The notes under the pieces are model-generated. The model was not told the origin of the DNA, made no database searches, and saw nothing but the letters and a program-made list of their open reading frames with translations. A DNA stretch of 64,000 nt from an uncultured bacterium (GTDB lineage: Bacteria; Edwardsbacteria; AC1; EtOH8): positions 143-64,142 of the forward strand of contig CAZPNX010000001.1 of the NCBI GenBank assembly GCA_964588285.1, given 5' to 3'. How positions within the stretch are numbered: the stretch's first letter is position 1; the number at the start of each line of letters is the position of its first letter. Made by a program: the position numbers and the translations under genes. Below are positions 8,669 through 18,014 of this stretch, piece by piece.

Positions 8669-10648
8669 ATGTGTGGTATAGCCGGATTCCACCTTCCAAA
8701 TTCAGAAAACATGTCTGACGCGCTGGAAGCCATGGCCCAAGCCCTCAGGCATCGCGGTCCTGACGATGAGGGCTATCTAGTTGTAGAATGCTCTACAGGT
8801 AAAACCAACCAGCTGGGGGGCGCTGATTGTCAGCTCGAATTGCCTCCGATAAAAACCTATCGGGGCAAGGCCGATCTCTATCTGGCTCATCGCCGTCTGT
8901 CGATTATCGACACCTCGCCCCGAGGCCATCAGCCAATGCCATCCCCAGACGGAAGACATTGGATAGTATTCAACGGAGAGATATATAATTTTGTAGAACT
9001 TAGGGGGGAGCTTAAATCACATGGCCATCGCTTTCGTACCGGCACCGATACCGAAGTGGCGCTGGCTGCTTATGGTACTTGGGGAATTGAAGCTTTGCAT
9101 CGCTTTAACGGCATGTGGTCTTTCGCTCTTTATGATGTCGAGAAAAAAGAATTGATTTTATGCCGGGACCGGTTCGGGGTTAAGCCCCTCTATTATTTTC
9201 ACCTGAATGACATATTTGCCTTTGCTTCCGAAATAAAATCTCTAGCCTCTTTCCCTCAGTTCAATTTAAATACCGACCTGGCACAAGTGTTTGACTATCT
9301 TCTTTTCGGATGGGAGGGAGAGGCGGGAAAGACCTTGTTCCAAGAAATACGGGAGTTGGAGCCCGGCTCAGTGCTGCGATATCGGCTGGACCGGCGTTCA
9401 CTAAAAATCAACAAGTATTATCAACTTCCGCAAAATGATGATTGTCCCGCTTATAATTCTGTTCTAGCACAGAATTATTCGCAGGAAATATCCTATCTTC
9501 TGAGGCAAGCAGTTGAGCTGAGGTTGCGTTCTGATGTGCCTATCGGTTCCTGTTTAAGCGGCGGATTAGACAGTTCAACTATCGTCTGCACCATTGACCG
9601 TCTTTTAAAAAAGGGGAAACTGGAGCAGGTGGGGGAAAAGCAAGCCGTTTTTACTGCAGGATATCATGATTACTCTAAGGATGAAACAAAATGGGCTAAA
9701 ATGGTAGCGGAATCTGTCGCCTTAACATGGTACATTTCATATCCTCGGGCGAGGGAACTTTTAACAGACATAGAAGATCTAGTATATTACCAAGAAATAC
9801 CATTTATTTCCACCAGCATCTATGCCCAGTACCGGATCATGAAATTGGCCAGGGAGCAAGGGATAAAGGTTCTTTTGGACGGCCAGGGCGGAGATGAGCT
9901 ATTTGGCGGTTATGCCAGCTTTTATGCGATGCAGCATCGAGAGATGTTGACAAATGGCAAATGGAGCGCCTTGTGGCAGGAATGGAAGTCACAAAAAGAA
10001 GCCTCGGTAAGCTTATGGGCGACCCTATTAAATCTAATTATGCCCGCCATTAAGCGGTTGGCGCCTTCCGACTTTATGTCGACCATGTACCGCAGCATTA
10101 GACCCGAGTGCAAATATATTTCAGGAGATTTCTGGAGGCATTATCGGCATCGGACCGAGGCTATAACGGAGAGATATCATCGTGGTTTGAACCATATGCT
10201 TCGTGATATGATGACCGGCCTCAGCCTTAAAAACCTTCTCCGTTACGAAGACCGTAATTCTATGCGTTTTTCCATAGAATCACGGACTCCTTTTGCCGAC
10301 GACCTGCCTCTGATTGAACGGCTTTTCTCAATACCCGGGATATACAAAATCCATCATGGATGGAGCAAGCATCTATTGCGCATGGCCGCCAAAGATTTAG
10401 TGCCAGAACCCATCCGCTGGCGTCACGATAAAATAGGATTTGCCACTCCGGAGTCCAAGTGGCTAAGGGAGATAGGGCCTTCTCTATTGGCCTACATGGA
10501 CCACAGGCTGTCGTCGGTTATCGATATCGGAAAATTTATAAGGGACTGGCCGTCCATTATCAATAATCAGAGCCGGGAAGGAGTGACCACTGTCTGGCGC
10601 TTTCTTAACCTAGGAATATGGGCCAGGGTTTTCAAGCTGAATTTATGA
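8669..10648 (+). CDS. asnB: asparagine synthetase (glutamine-hydrolysing) family amidotransferase
   Basis: N-terminal 'MCGIAGF' (Ntn Cys2 nucleophile) and PP-loop 'SGGLDSS'. The position suggests a sugar-amidating role, as for WbpS-like enzymes. Confidence 0.9.
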   Translation: MCGIAGFHLPNSENMSDALEAMAQALRHRGPDDEGYLVVECSTGKTNQLGGADCQLELPPIKTYRGKADLYLAHRRLSIIDTSPRGHQPMPSPDGRHWIVFNGEIYNFVELRGELKSHGHRFRTGTDTEVALAAYGTWGIEALHRFNGMWSFALYDVEKKELILCRDRFGVKPLYYFHLNDIFAFASEIKSLASFPQFNLNTDLAQVFDYLLFGWEGEAGKTLFQEIRELEPGSVLRYRLDRRSLKINKYYQLPQNDDCPAYNSVLAQNYSQEISYLLRQAVELRLRSDVPIGSCLSGGLDSSTIVCTIDRLLKKGKLEQVGEKQAVFTAGYHDYSKDETKWAKMVAESVALTWYISYPRARELLTDIEDLVYYQEIPFISTSIYAQYRIMKLAREQGIKVLLDGQGGDELFGGYASFYAMQHREMLTNGKWSALWQEWKSQKEASVSLWATLLNLIMPAIKRLAPSDFMSTMYRSIRPECKYISGDFWRHYRHRTEAITERYHRGLNHMLRDMMTGLSLKNLLRYEDRNSMRFSIESRTPFADDLPLIERLFSIPGIYKIHHGWSKHLLRMAAKDLVPEPIRWRHDKIGFATPESKWLREIGPSLLAYMDHRLSSVIDIGKFIRDWPSIINNQSREGVTTVWRFLNLGIWARVFKLNL

Positions 10649-11898
10649 TGGCCGATAAAGGTCGTAAGACCAATATATTATTTGTCTCGGCGCTGGATTT
10701 TAAGGAAAAATCGATTCAGGTTATTCGCAAAACCCCAGAAGCTTTCCGAGATAGCGGCTGGGAAGTGACTTTTATTGTCGCCCGGGACGAATCTAAATCC
10801 GGCGATTACTTCTACGAAAGGGTTTTTAACCCGACTGGGATAAGGGTGGTAAGGATCAATTGGCCGTTATCACGGCTGCAGGATCGGACCCGGGGAAGTG
10901 TCAAAGGGACCATCGTTTCAAAGCTGAGAAGCTATTTGGCCATCATTGGACTGGCGGCCAAGGCCGCCGGAATGCTGTCTATCGAGAGATTCGATGTTGT
11001 TTATGGATATGAAGTCCACGGCTATCTGGCCGTCTGCCTGATGCGTTTGTTAGGAATGGTCCGCGGAGCCAGGGTAGTGGCCCGTTTCCAAGGATTCAAA
11101 CAGAAACAAGGGTTGATGGCCCTGCTTAATTGGGAAATGTTTCTGGCGCTTTTAGTTCCGGCTCATGTTTGCATCATGACCGACGATGGGACCCAGGGAG
11201 ACCGGGTGCTGCGCTATCTGAGATCAGCCAATGCGGCTGGCCTCAGGTTCTGGACCAATGGTGTCGATCCAGTTCCCCCTTTATCAGAGAGTGAGAATAT
11301 TTGTATAAGACAGAAGATGGGATGCCCTAGTAAATGTTTTCTGTTGGTATCCATCAGCCGGTTGGTGCCCTGGAAACGGGTGGACCGGGGCATAAGGATA
11401 GTGGAACGTTTGGTCAAGGAGTACGGCCGAAAGAACATCTTCTATTGCATCGTCGGAGGAGGAATTGAGAGCGGCCGGCTGCAGAACCTGATAGCCGAAC
11501 TGGACCTGACCAGCCATGTCAAACTGGCCGGGCCGCTCGAGCATTCCAAGGCGCTGGATTTACTGAGAGCGGCCGACGCCTTTATCTCGACTTACGACCT
11601 CTCCAACGTCGGCAACCCCCTGCTGGAGGCCATCCGGGCCCACAAGATGATCTTCACCCTGGACAACGGCGATACTGGGAAATGGATAAAGCACGACGAG
11701 AACGGCTTCCTTTATTTACCCAACGATGAGTCGATCCCGGCCATAGCGCGCGACCTGGACCGGCTGATGGGATCCCCGGAACTTGCTATCGCTATAAAAA
11801 AAGGTATACTCAAAACCGAACACCGCCTATGGACCTGGGAACAGAGGATGAAGGCCGAGGTGGATGAAATCGCCGGGCTGGTCCAAGCATGTCGATGA
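10645..11898 (+). CDS. glycosyltransferase (GT-B, group 1-like)
   Basis: ATGA start/stop overlap with asnB. GT4-like C-terminal region 'LLEAIRAHKMIFTL...'. Divergent sequence. Confidence 0.65.
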   Translation: MMADKGRKTNILFVSALDFKEKSIQVIRKTPEAFRDSGWEVTFIVARDESKSGDYFYERVFNPTGIRVVRINWPLSRLQDRTRGSVKGTIVSKLRSYLAIIGLAAKAAGMLSIERFDVVYGYEVHGYLAVCLMRLLGMVRGARVVARFQGFKQKQGLMALLNWEMFLALLVPAHVCIMTDDGTQGDRVLRYLRSANAAGLRFWTNGVDPVPPLSESENICIRQKMGCPSKCFLLVSISRLVPWKRVDRGIRIVERLVKEYGRKNIFYCIVGGGIESGRLQNLIAELDLTSHVKLAGPLEHSKALDLLRAADAFISTYDLSNVGNPLLEAIRAHKMIFTLDNGDTGKWIKHDENGFLYLPNDESIPAIARDLDRLMGSPELAIAIKKGILKTEHRLWTWEQRMKAEVDEIAGLVQACR

Positions 11899-13208
11899 TT
11901 GGTGTCCTGTTGAAGGCTTTTCTGCTGTCCGCATTTATCGGACTTGGCATCAGTTACGGACCGTTCTACCTATCGCATATTGCTCTGGCCGGAGTGCTGG
12001 TTGTTATCCTGGTTCATCTCTATAAGCGGAGAGGTCTTTTACAATTACCCCGTTTGACCACCAACCTGCACCTTTTCCCGGCATTGATGTTAGCTTGGTA
12101 TCTGGTGACCTGTCTGTGGAGCCCCAACCTGACGGTCAGCCTAAAATATCTACTGTATCTGACGTTCGGTGCCTGTATATCGCTGGGGGTGGTTTATTAT
12201 TCCAGGAGCGAACAGCGTCTTCTATGGTTGATCCGGGCATTTCTGATACTTCTGGGGATTGAGATAGTTCTGAGCCTGTTGGAAGCTTTTACTCCTTTTC
12301 GGTATCCTATCTCGCCCCAATCTACGTTGGCGGCTTATTTCGGACGGGAGATGCTGTTGGAGCCTTGGACTATGGCAAAAAAAACGCTGGAGGTGGTGAC
12401 CAGCTATCCCACCGGTTTTCGTTGGAATCCAAACAATCTGGCTACGGTCCTGAACCTTTTCCTCCCATTCATTCTGATGCAGCGTCAGCGGGGGGTGAAA
12501 GCAGCCGGGGCCGGTTCGATTCTGTTGATCATAGTCATGACCAGCTCCAGAATAAATCTGGCTGTCTGCATATTAATCATTGCCCTTTACCTGATTTTCT
12601 TTTCTACCCACCGTGGTCTTTATACCGTTATGCTGTTGCTGGTTGTAACCACCTGGCTTTTGGCCATGCCTCTATTAAATGATAATTATGAGGGTCGGAT
12701 GCCACAATCCCTGAACGAGGTTCTGCACACCTGGGATGCAGTGAAGCGTTTTTTCTCGGAGGAAAGGTTCGTTGGAGACTCAGTCACTCTAAGAAGAAAT
12801 TACCTTAAAAACGGTCTGGAGGCCATTGCCGGTTCCGGCGGCTGGGGGGTGGGGGCAGGATGCGCTGGCGAGGAGCTATATCAATCCGGCGCAATAGCCC
12901 CGGGTGCGGAAAGGGCCAGCCTGCACAATTACTGGCTGGAGATGGCAGTCGATGCCGGTCTTCTCTTCGCTTTTCTTTTCTGGATGTGGTATGCTACTAT
13001 CGTTATTTGGTTGTTACGACTGTATGGTCGAAGCCTCAAGTCTACAATCAGATATCTGGCTTCGACGTCTGGCTTGGCTTTAATCGGAATGGTTCCGGCC
13101 GCGACCGGCACCAGCAGCGTTGTTTATGAGCCAGTCCTGTGGTTGATGTACGGCATCGGCATAGCCACCATCAATCTTGGCTATGCGGACAATCTAAAAG
13201 CCGGTTGA
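11889..13208 (+). CDS. Wzy-like O-antigen polymerase / O-antigen ligase family membrane protein
   Basis: At least 10 TM helices with a large loop late in the protein carrying 'HNYWLEMAVDAGLLFAFLF' (Wzy_C-like motif). Confidence 0.65.
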   Translation: MSMIGVLLKAFLLSAFIGLGISYGPFYLSHIALAGVLVVILVHLYKRRGLLQLPRLTTNLHLFPALMLAWYLVTCLWSPNLTVSLKYLLYLTFGACISLGVVYYSRSEQRLLWLIRAFLILLGIEIVLSLLEAFTPFRYPISPQSTLAAYFGREMLLEPWTMAKKTLEVVTSYPTGFRWNPNNLATVLNLFLPFILMQRQRGVKAAGAGSILLIIVMTSSRINLAVCILIIALYLIFFSTHRGLYTVMLLLVVTTWLLAMPLLNDNYEGRMPQSLNEVLHTWDAVKRFFSEERFVGDSVTLRRNYLKNGLEAIAGSGGWGVGAGCAGEELYQSGAIAPGAERASLHNYWLEMAVDAGLLFAFLFWMWYATIVIWLLRLYGRSLKSTIRYLASTSGLALIGMVPAATGTSSVVYEPVLWLMYGIGIATINLGYADNLKAG

Positions 13209-13209
13209 G

Positions 13210-14286
13210 GTGATGAAGATAATGATGCTGGCTCCGGCCAGCTCGATTCACACTAGGAGGATTGCATCTTCGCTGGCGGACAGAGGATGCCTTGTGGAGG
13301 TAGCCACCTATCATCCCGGTTTGATCCCTGGAGTCAGGATCCACGTATTGCCCAGGATCCCGATGTTTAGAAAAATCGGATATCTTTCGGCGATCCCTGC
13401 AATTAAGATCCTGATTAGGCTTATGAATCCTGACATTCTTCATGCCCATTACCTTTCGAGTTACGGAGCGGCAGCCTGGATCTGCGGTTTTCATCCCTTG
13501 GTAGTATCCGCCTGGGGCACCGACATCTTTGTTTTCCCTCATCATAGCCTGATAAATCGGTGGCTGATACGGCGGATTACGGATTCAGCCGATGCTATTT
13601 TGTCCACCAGCCGTTTCATGGCCTCCGAAGTTAAACGATACACCGCCAAGCAGGTGATGGTGACTCCATTTGGGGTGGACACCTCGCTGTTCCGGCCCAT
13701 GCCGATGATTAGAAGAAAAGGCCAAGAGGAAACTATCGGCTCGGTCAAGGCGCTGGAACGGCAATATGGCATGGATGTGGTCATAAAGTCATTCGCCGGA
13801 GTTGTTGCTGATAAAAAAAAGAAACCGCTGAAGCTGGAGATTGTGGGCTCGGGACAACAGGAGGGTGAACTTAAGAGATTGGCCATCCATTTAGGAATAG
13901 CTAGCAAGGTCAATTTTGCCGGTTTTATAGAGCATTCGAAACTTCCAGAAATATTCAACAGTTTTTCGGTGGCCGCCTATGGGTCGATATGTCCGGAATC
14001 ATTCGGGGTTTCCCTCTTGGAAGCCCAAGCTTGCGGGGTGCCGGTGGTGGCCAGCGATATCGGCGGTTTTCGCGAGGTGGTGCGTCATGGTTTTACTGGC
14101 CTTCTGGTACCTGCGGGCAATCATCAGGCTATGGCCGAAGCCATTGGGGAATTACTTGATGATCATGAGAAAAGAAAACGTTTCTCTCGTGCCGCCAGAG
14201 AATTCGTCGCAGCCGAGTATTTCTGGGAGAAAACAATCGACTGTTTTATGGCACAATACTACAGGCTAATCTCTACTGACAAATGA
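13210..14286 (+). CDS. glycosyltransferase family 4
   Basis: 'ESFGVSLLEAQACGVPVVASDIGGFREVV' is the GT4 consensus. Confidence 0.8.
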   Translation: MMKIMMLAPASSIHTRRIASSLADRGCLVEVATYHPGLIPGVRIHVLPRIPMFRKIGYLSAIPAIKILIRLMNPDILHAHYLSSYGAAAWICGFHPLVVSAWGTDIFVFPHHSLINRWLIRRITDSADAILSTSRFMASEVKRYTAKQVMVTPFGVDTSLFRPMPMIRRKGQEETIGSVKALERQYGMDVVIKSFAGVVADKKKKPLKLEIVGSGQQEGELKRLAIHLGIASKVNFAGFIEHSKLPEIFNSFSVAAYGSICPESFGVSLLEAQACGVPVVASDIGGFREVVRHGFTGLLVPAGNHQAMAEAIGELLDDHEKRKRFSRAAREFVAAEYFWEKTIDCFMAQYYRLISTDK

Positions 14287-15512
14287 GGCGGACTGCCAGA
14301 CAGACTACAGATACAGGGTTCGATTTCCTGATCGACAATTTACTGCGGGCCTCATTGGTAGGTTTTGTCGGCTCAATGCCGGTTTCCATAGCCTTTTGCC
14401 AAATTTCTTTAGGGGTTGCCTGGCTGTCATGGCTCGCTATTTGTTGGCGGAAAAAGCGGTGGCTTGGCTACGCCACCGGGCTCGAAATTGCAGTGGGCCT
14501 TTTCCTTGCTGCCTGTGTCCTATCTACGATTTTATCCGCCCAGCCTTTGGACAGCCTAATTGGTCTAAAGAAATTTTACCTGGCCTCGTCCCTTTTCCTA
14601 GTAGCCTATGCCTGCCATTCACCTGAAGATGGCAGAAAATTAATAACAGTCTTTCTTTTCTTTTCATCTCTTACAGCAGGCTATGGTCTGCTGATGTACC
14701 TTGCCGGAATGCAGGGAAGGGTGACCGGCATTCAAACCATGGCCCTGACGGCCGGCGGCATATTTATGATGGCCGCCTTGTTGTCACTAGTTTTTGCTAT
14801 CCAGGGAAGAATATTAACGCGCTGGCTATCGGTGCCCATTTCAATTATATTGTTAGCGGCATTATTATTAAGCCAAAGCGCCGGTTCGTTGGTATCACTT
14901 ATTATAGGGTCGATTAGCGTGCTTATTTTATCTCGTCGTTGGAAGATATTGGCGGCGACAGCAATAGCCGCTACCGTTATAACGGTTTTCTTTTTCAAAC
15001 TACCATCAGGGACTGGGTCGACAGTGGCGATCCAGAAGTCCAACACTTGGGAACTGCGGAAAACCATCTGGAACGTGGGATGGAAGGTTTTTAAGGAAAA
15101 ACCAGTGACTGGCCATGGGCTGATAGACCTGGGGGAAGCCTACCACCGAAACCGGGAGCGTTGGGACTTGGAAAGAGACCCATGGAACACCTGGAATTAC
15201 GGACACCTGCACAATATTTTTCTCCAGATTGCCGCCAACACCGGGGTGATTGGATTAGCGGCTTTTATTTTTCTGCTTTATTCGGTGCTGTCATTATCAT
15301 TGGGATTGATAAAATGCGTGAAACAAGACATAAAGGCTCTGGGTTTGGCTCTATCCGGTGTTATTATTGGGTTTATAGTCAATGGTTTGGCCGAATGGAA
15401 CTTTGGAGACTCCGAAGTAGTGACTGTCTTCTGGTTTGCCGTGGGGCTTTCGGTCCTGTTGAAGAAATCAATAAAATGGAATCCGATTGTTTCAGATAAT
15501 GCCGGCTATTAA
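14283..15512 (+). CDS. O-antigen ligase (Wzy_C) family membrane protein; WaaL/PglL-like
   Basis: Multi-TM protein with 'NYGHLHNIFLQIAANTGVIGLAAFIFLL', the Wzy_C/O-antigen-ligase hallmark (conserved His in the periplasmic loop). Confidence 0.7.
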   Translation: MRRTARQTTDTGFDFLIDNLLRASLVGFVGSMPVSIAFCQISLGVAWLSWLAICWRKKRWLGYATGLEIAVGLFLAACVLSTILSAQPLDSLIGLKKFYLASSLFLVAYACHSPEDGRKLITVFLFFSSLTAGYGLLMYLAGMQGRVTGIQTMALTAGGIFMMAALLSLVFAIQGRILTRWLSVPISIILLAALLLSQSAGSLVSLIIGSISVLILSRRWKILAATAIAATVITVFFFKLPSGTGSTVAIQKSNTWELRKTIWNVGWKVFKEKPVTGHGLIDLGEAYHRNRERWDLERDPWNTWNYGHLHNIFLQIAANTGVIGLAAFIFLLYSVLSLSLGLIKCVKQDIKALGLALSGVIIGFIVNGLAEWNFGDSEVVTVFWFAVGLSVLLKKSIKWNPIVSDNAGY

Positions 15513-16764
15513 ATTGAAACTACTATTTTTAACCCACTACTTTCCACCCGAGGTGGGCGCCCCTCAATCGCGCATTGATGAGATAGCGAAGGTACTAGCA
15601 AAGCGGGGCCATAAGGTATCGGTGCTGACCAATTTCCCCCATTATCCCGATGGTGTCATCAAAACGCCTTATCAAAGGGCTGTACTGCTTAAAGAGTCCA
15701 GGGGCGAGGTGGATGTAATCCGTTCCTATGTCTGGGCCAGACCCAATAAGGGTTTCGCCAGCAGAATGGCCAATCATCTTTCTTTCTGCATTACCTCGTT
15801 GGTAGCGGCATCCAAACTGCCGCCGTGCGATGTGGTGGTGACGGAATCGCCGCCCCTGTTCCTGGGATTCAGCGGTTGGATAATTTCCCGGATGCTGGGC
15901 GCCTCCCATATTTTCAATGTGGCCGACGTCTGGCCACAATCGGCAGTGGAAATGGGTGCCCTAACCAACCGAACAGCCGTTACGATGGCAGAATGGTTGG
16001 AACGTTTCATCTACGACCATAGCCATCTGATAACGGTGGTCACTGAGGGCATCAGAAAAGACCTGTTGGCCCGCGGGCTGGCGACAGAGAAGGTAGCCAC
16101 CCTGACCAATGGGGTGGACCTGGATTTTTTCCAGTCTCAGGGAAAGGGTTTGTCTGTTAAAAATGAACTAAATCTATCCGGCAAGTTCATAGCATTATAC
16201 GCCGGCACTCATGGGATGGCCCAGGGCTTGCATGTGGTGCTTAGAGCCGCAGGAATATTGGCAAACGAACCGAATATTGTTTTTGTGATGGCGGGCGACG
16301 GTGCCGAAAAAGCGGGGCTGGTGGAAACTGCCCAAAAAATGAACCTAAAAAATGTGAGATTTCTGAATACTTGGCCAAAATCACGCATGCCCGAGTTGCT
16401 CGAGGCCGCCGATGTCTGTCTGGTGACTCTGAGGAAACTGCCGGTTTTTCGACGGGCACTTCCGTCCAAGATGTACGAGGCTATGGCCATGGCCAGGCCT
16501 CTGGTTGTTTCCGCCGAGGGCATGGCCGCCGAATTGGTGGACTCAACCAACTGCGGAATGGCCATCCCTCCGGAAAATCCGGAAAAGCTTGCAGAAGCGG
16601 TTAAAGACCTGTTTCGGAATCCCTCTAAAAGAGCCAAAATGGGGCTTCGGGGAAGGAATTTGGTGGAGAGGGAATACTCACGTGAAAAGATTGCCGGGAA
16701 ATGGGAGCGCCTGCTGGCGGAAACGGCTGAGAGAATAGATTTGCAATCGTTGTATGGACAATGA
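15487..16764 (+). CDS. glycosyltransferase family 4 (WcaI-like)
   Basis: 'LKLLFLTHYFPPEVGAPQSRIDEIAKVLAKRGHKVSVLT' N-terminus and C-terminal GT4 region 'VSAEGMAAELVDS'. Confidence 0.8.
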   Translation: MFQIMPAIKLKLLFLTHYFPPEVGAPQSRIDEIAKVLAKRGHKVSVLTNFPHYPDGVIKTPYQRAVLLKESRGEVDVIRSYVWARPNKGFASRMANHLSFCITSLVAASKLPPCDVVVTESPPLFLGFSGWIISRMLGASHIFNVADVWPQSAVEMGALTNRTAVTMAEWLERFIYDHSHLITVVTEGIRKDLLARGLATEKVATLTNGVDLDFFQSQGKGLSVKNELNLSGKFIALYAGTHGMAQGLHVVLRAAGILANEPNIVFVMAGDGAEKAGLVETAQKMNLKNVRFLNTWPKSRMPELLEAADVCLVTLRKLPVFRRALPSKMYEAMAMARPLVVSAEGMAAELVDSTNCGMAIPPENPEKLAEAVKDLFRNPSKRAKMGLRGRNLVEREYSREKIAGKWERLLAETAERIDLQSLYGQ

Positions 16765-17315
16765 AAAGAGTATTTGATATAATTATTTGTTTTACATTGC
16801 TGCCGCTTCTTTTGCCTCTGATGCTGGCGGCTGGTTTGGCGGTGGTCATCGATTCCGGGCCTCCGGCGCTCTTTTTACAGGAAAGGGTGGGCCGCGGCGG
16901 AAAAATTTTTCGCATTTACAAGTTTCGCACCATGATTCGGGACGCCGAATCCAAGGGGCCTTTACTGGCGGAACGGGGAGATCCCCGGGTGACCAAGGTG
17001 GGAAGGTTTCTGAGACGCTGGAGTTTGGACGAGCTGCCCCAGTTATTTAATGTTATCAAGGGGGAAATGAGCCTGGTGGGGCCGCGGCCGGAGCTGCCGC
17101 CGCTGGTGGACGTCTATACTCCCTGGCAGCGACAAGTGCTTTCGGTGCTGCCGGGCGTCACCGGGTTTTCCCAGGTTCACGGCCGCGATGATCTTTCCAT
17201 GGACACCAAGCTACGTCTGGATGTTTACTATATAAAACACCGCAGCCTGGCGATGGACCTCTGGATCATCTGGCGTACCGCCTTCGAGCTTGTTTCCGGA
17301 CGGGGGGCTTTCTGA
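16761..17315 (+). CDS. small monotopic phosphoglycosyl transferase, PglC/WecP-like (bacterial sugar transferase)
   Basis: 184 aa with a single N-terminal re-entrant helix, then 'RVGRGGKIFRIYKFRTM...DELPQLFNVIKGEMSLVGPRPE'. This is the second initiating transferase in the cluster. Confidence 0.85.
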   Translation: MKRVFDIIICFTLLPLLLPLMLAAGLAVVIDSGPPALFLQERVGRGGKIFRIYKFRTMIRDAESKGPLLAERGDPRVTKVGRFLRRWSLDELPQLFNVIKGEMSLVGPRPELPPLVDVYTPWQRQVLSVLPGVTGFSQVHGRDDLSMDTKLRLDVYYIKHRSLAMDLWIIWRTAFELVSGRGAF

Positions 17316-17318
17316 CAT

Positions 17319-18011
17319 ATGGGAGAGGCCGAGAGGATTGCCGAACGCTATCAACGCCGCAAGATCTTGCCGGCCGGTCGTTATTCCATGTTCGATCCCG
17401 GCAACCTTTTCATCATCCACCAACGCGAGAGGCTTCTACTGCGGTTGCTCCGAAAACATGGTCTGGCAAACCTGGCCGGGGCCACCCTTCTGGAGGTTGG
17501 CTGCGGCGACGGTTGGTGGTTAAGAAGGTTTGTGGAATACGGGTTCAGGCCGGAGAACCTAAGGGGCATAGAGCTTTTGCCGGAGAGGGTGGAGCGGGCC
17601 ATGTTTTTAAGCCCCAACATCAGGATAGAGTCGGGCGATGCCTCTTGCCTGGCTCTTCCGGATGGTTCATTTGATATAATTTTCCAGAGCACCGTCTTCA
17701 GTTCGATGCTCGATACGGCTATGCGGCGGGAGACGGCCAAGGAGATGCTTCGAGTCCTTCGGCCGGGCGGGATGATCATCTGGTACGATCTTCGGGTGAA
17801 CAATCCAAGCAACCCCGACGTTAAGGGACTGGGCCGCCGGGAGATTGAATCTCTTTTTCCGGGTTGCTGCTACTGCTTCCATCGAACTACTTTGGCTCCG
17901 CCTTTGGCGAGAACCCTGGCTCCGGTAAGCTGGTCGCTCTGCCATCTGCTTTCGCGGCTGCCCCTACTTCTTACCCATTATCTGGCGTTCATATCCAAAC
18001 CCGCTTTCTAA
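17319..18011 (+). CDS. class I SAM-dependent methyltransferase
   Basis: 'LLEVGCGDGWW' (motif I) ... 'LRPGGMIIWYDL' (motif III/post-II). Confidence 0.75.
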   Translation: MGEAERIAERYQRRKILPAGRYSMFDPGNLFIIHQRERLLLRLLRKHGLANLAGATLLEVGCGDGWWLRRFVEYGFRPENLRGIELLPERVERAMFLSPNIRIESGDASCLALPDGSFDIIFQSTVFSSMLDTAMRRETAKEMLRVLRPGGMIIWYDLRVNNPSNPDVKGLGRREIESLFPGCCYCFHRTTLAPPLARTLAPVSWSLCHLLSRLPLLLTHYLAFISKPAF

Positions 18012-18014
18012 GCG

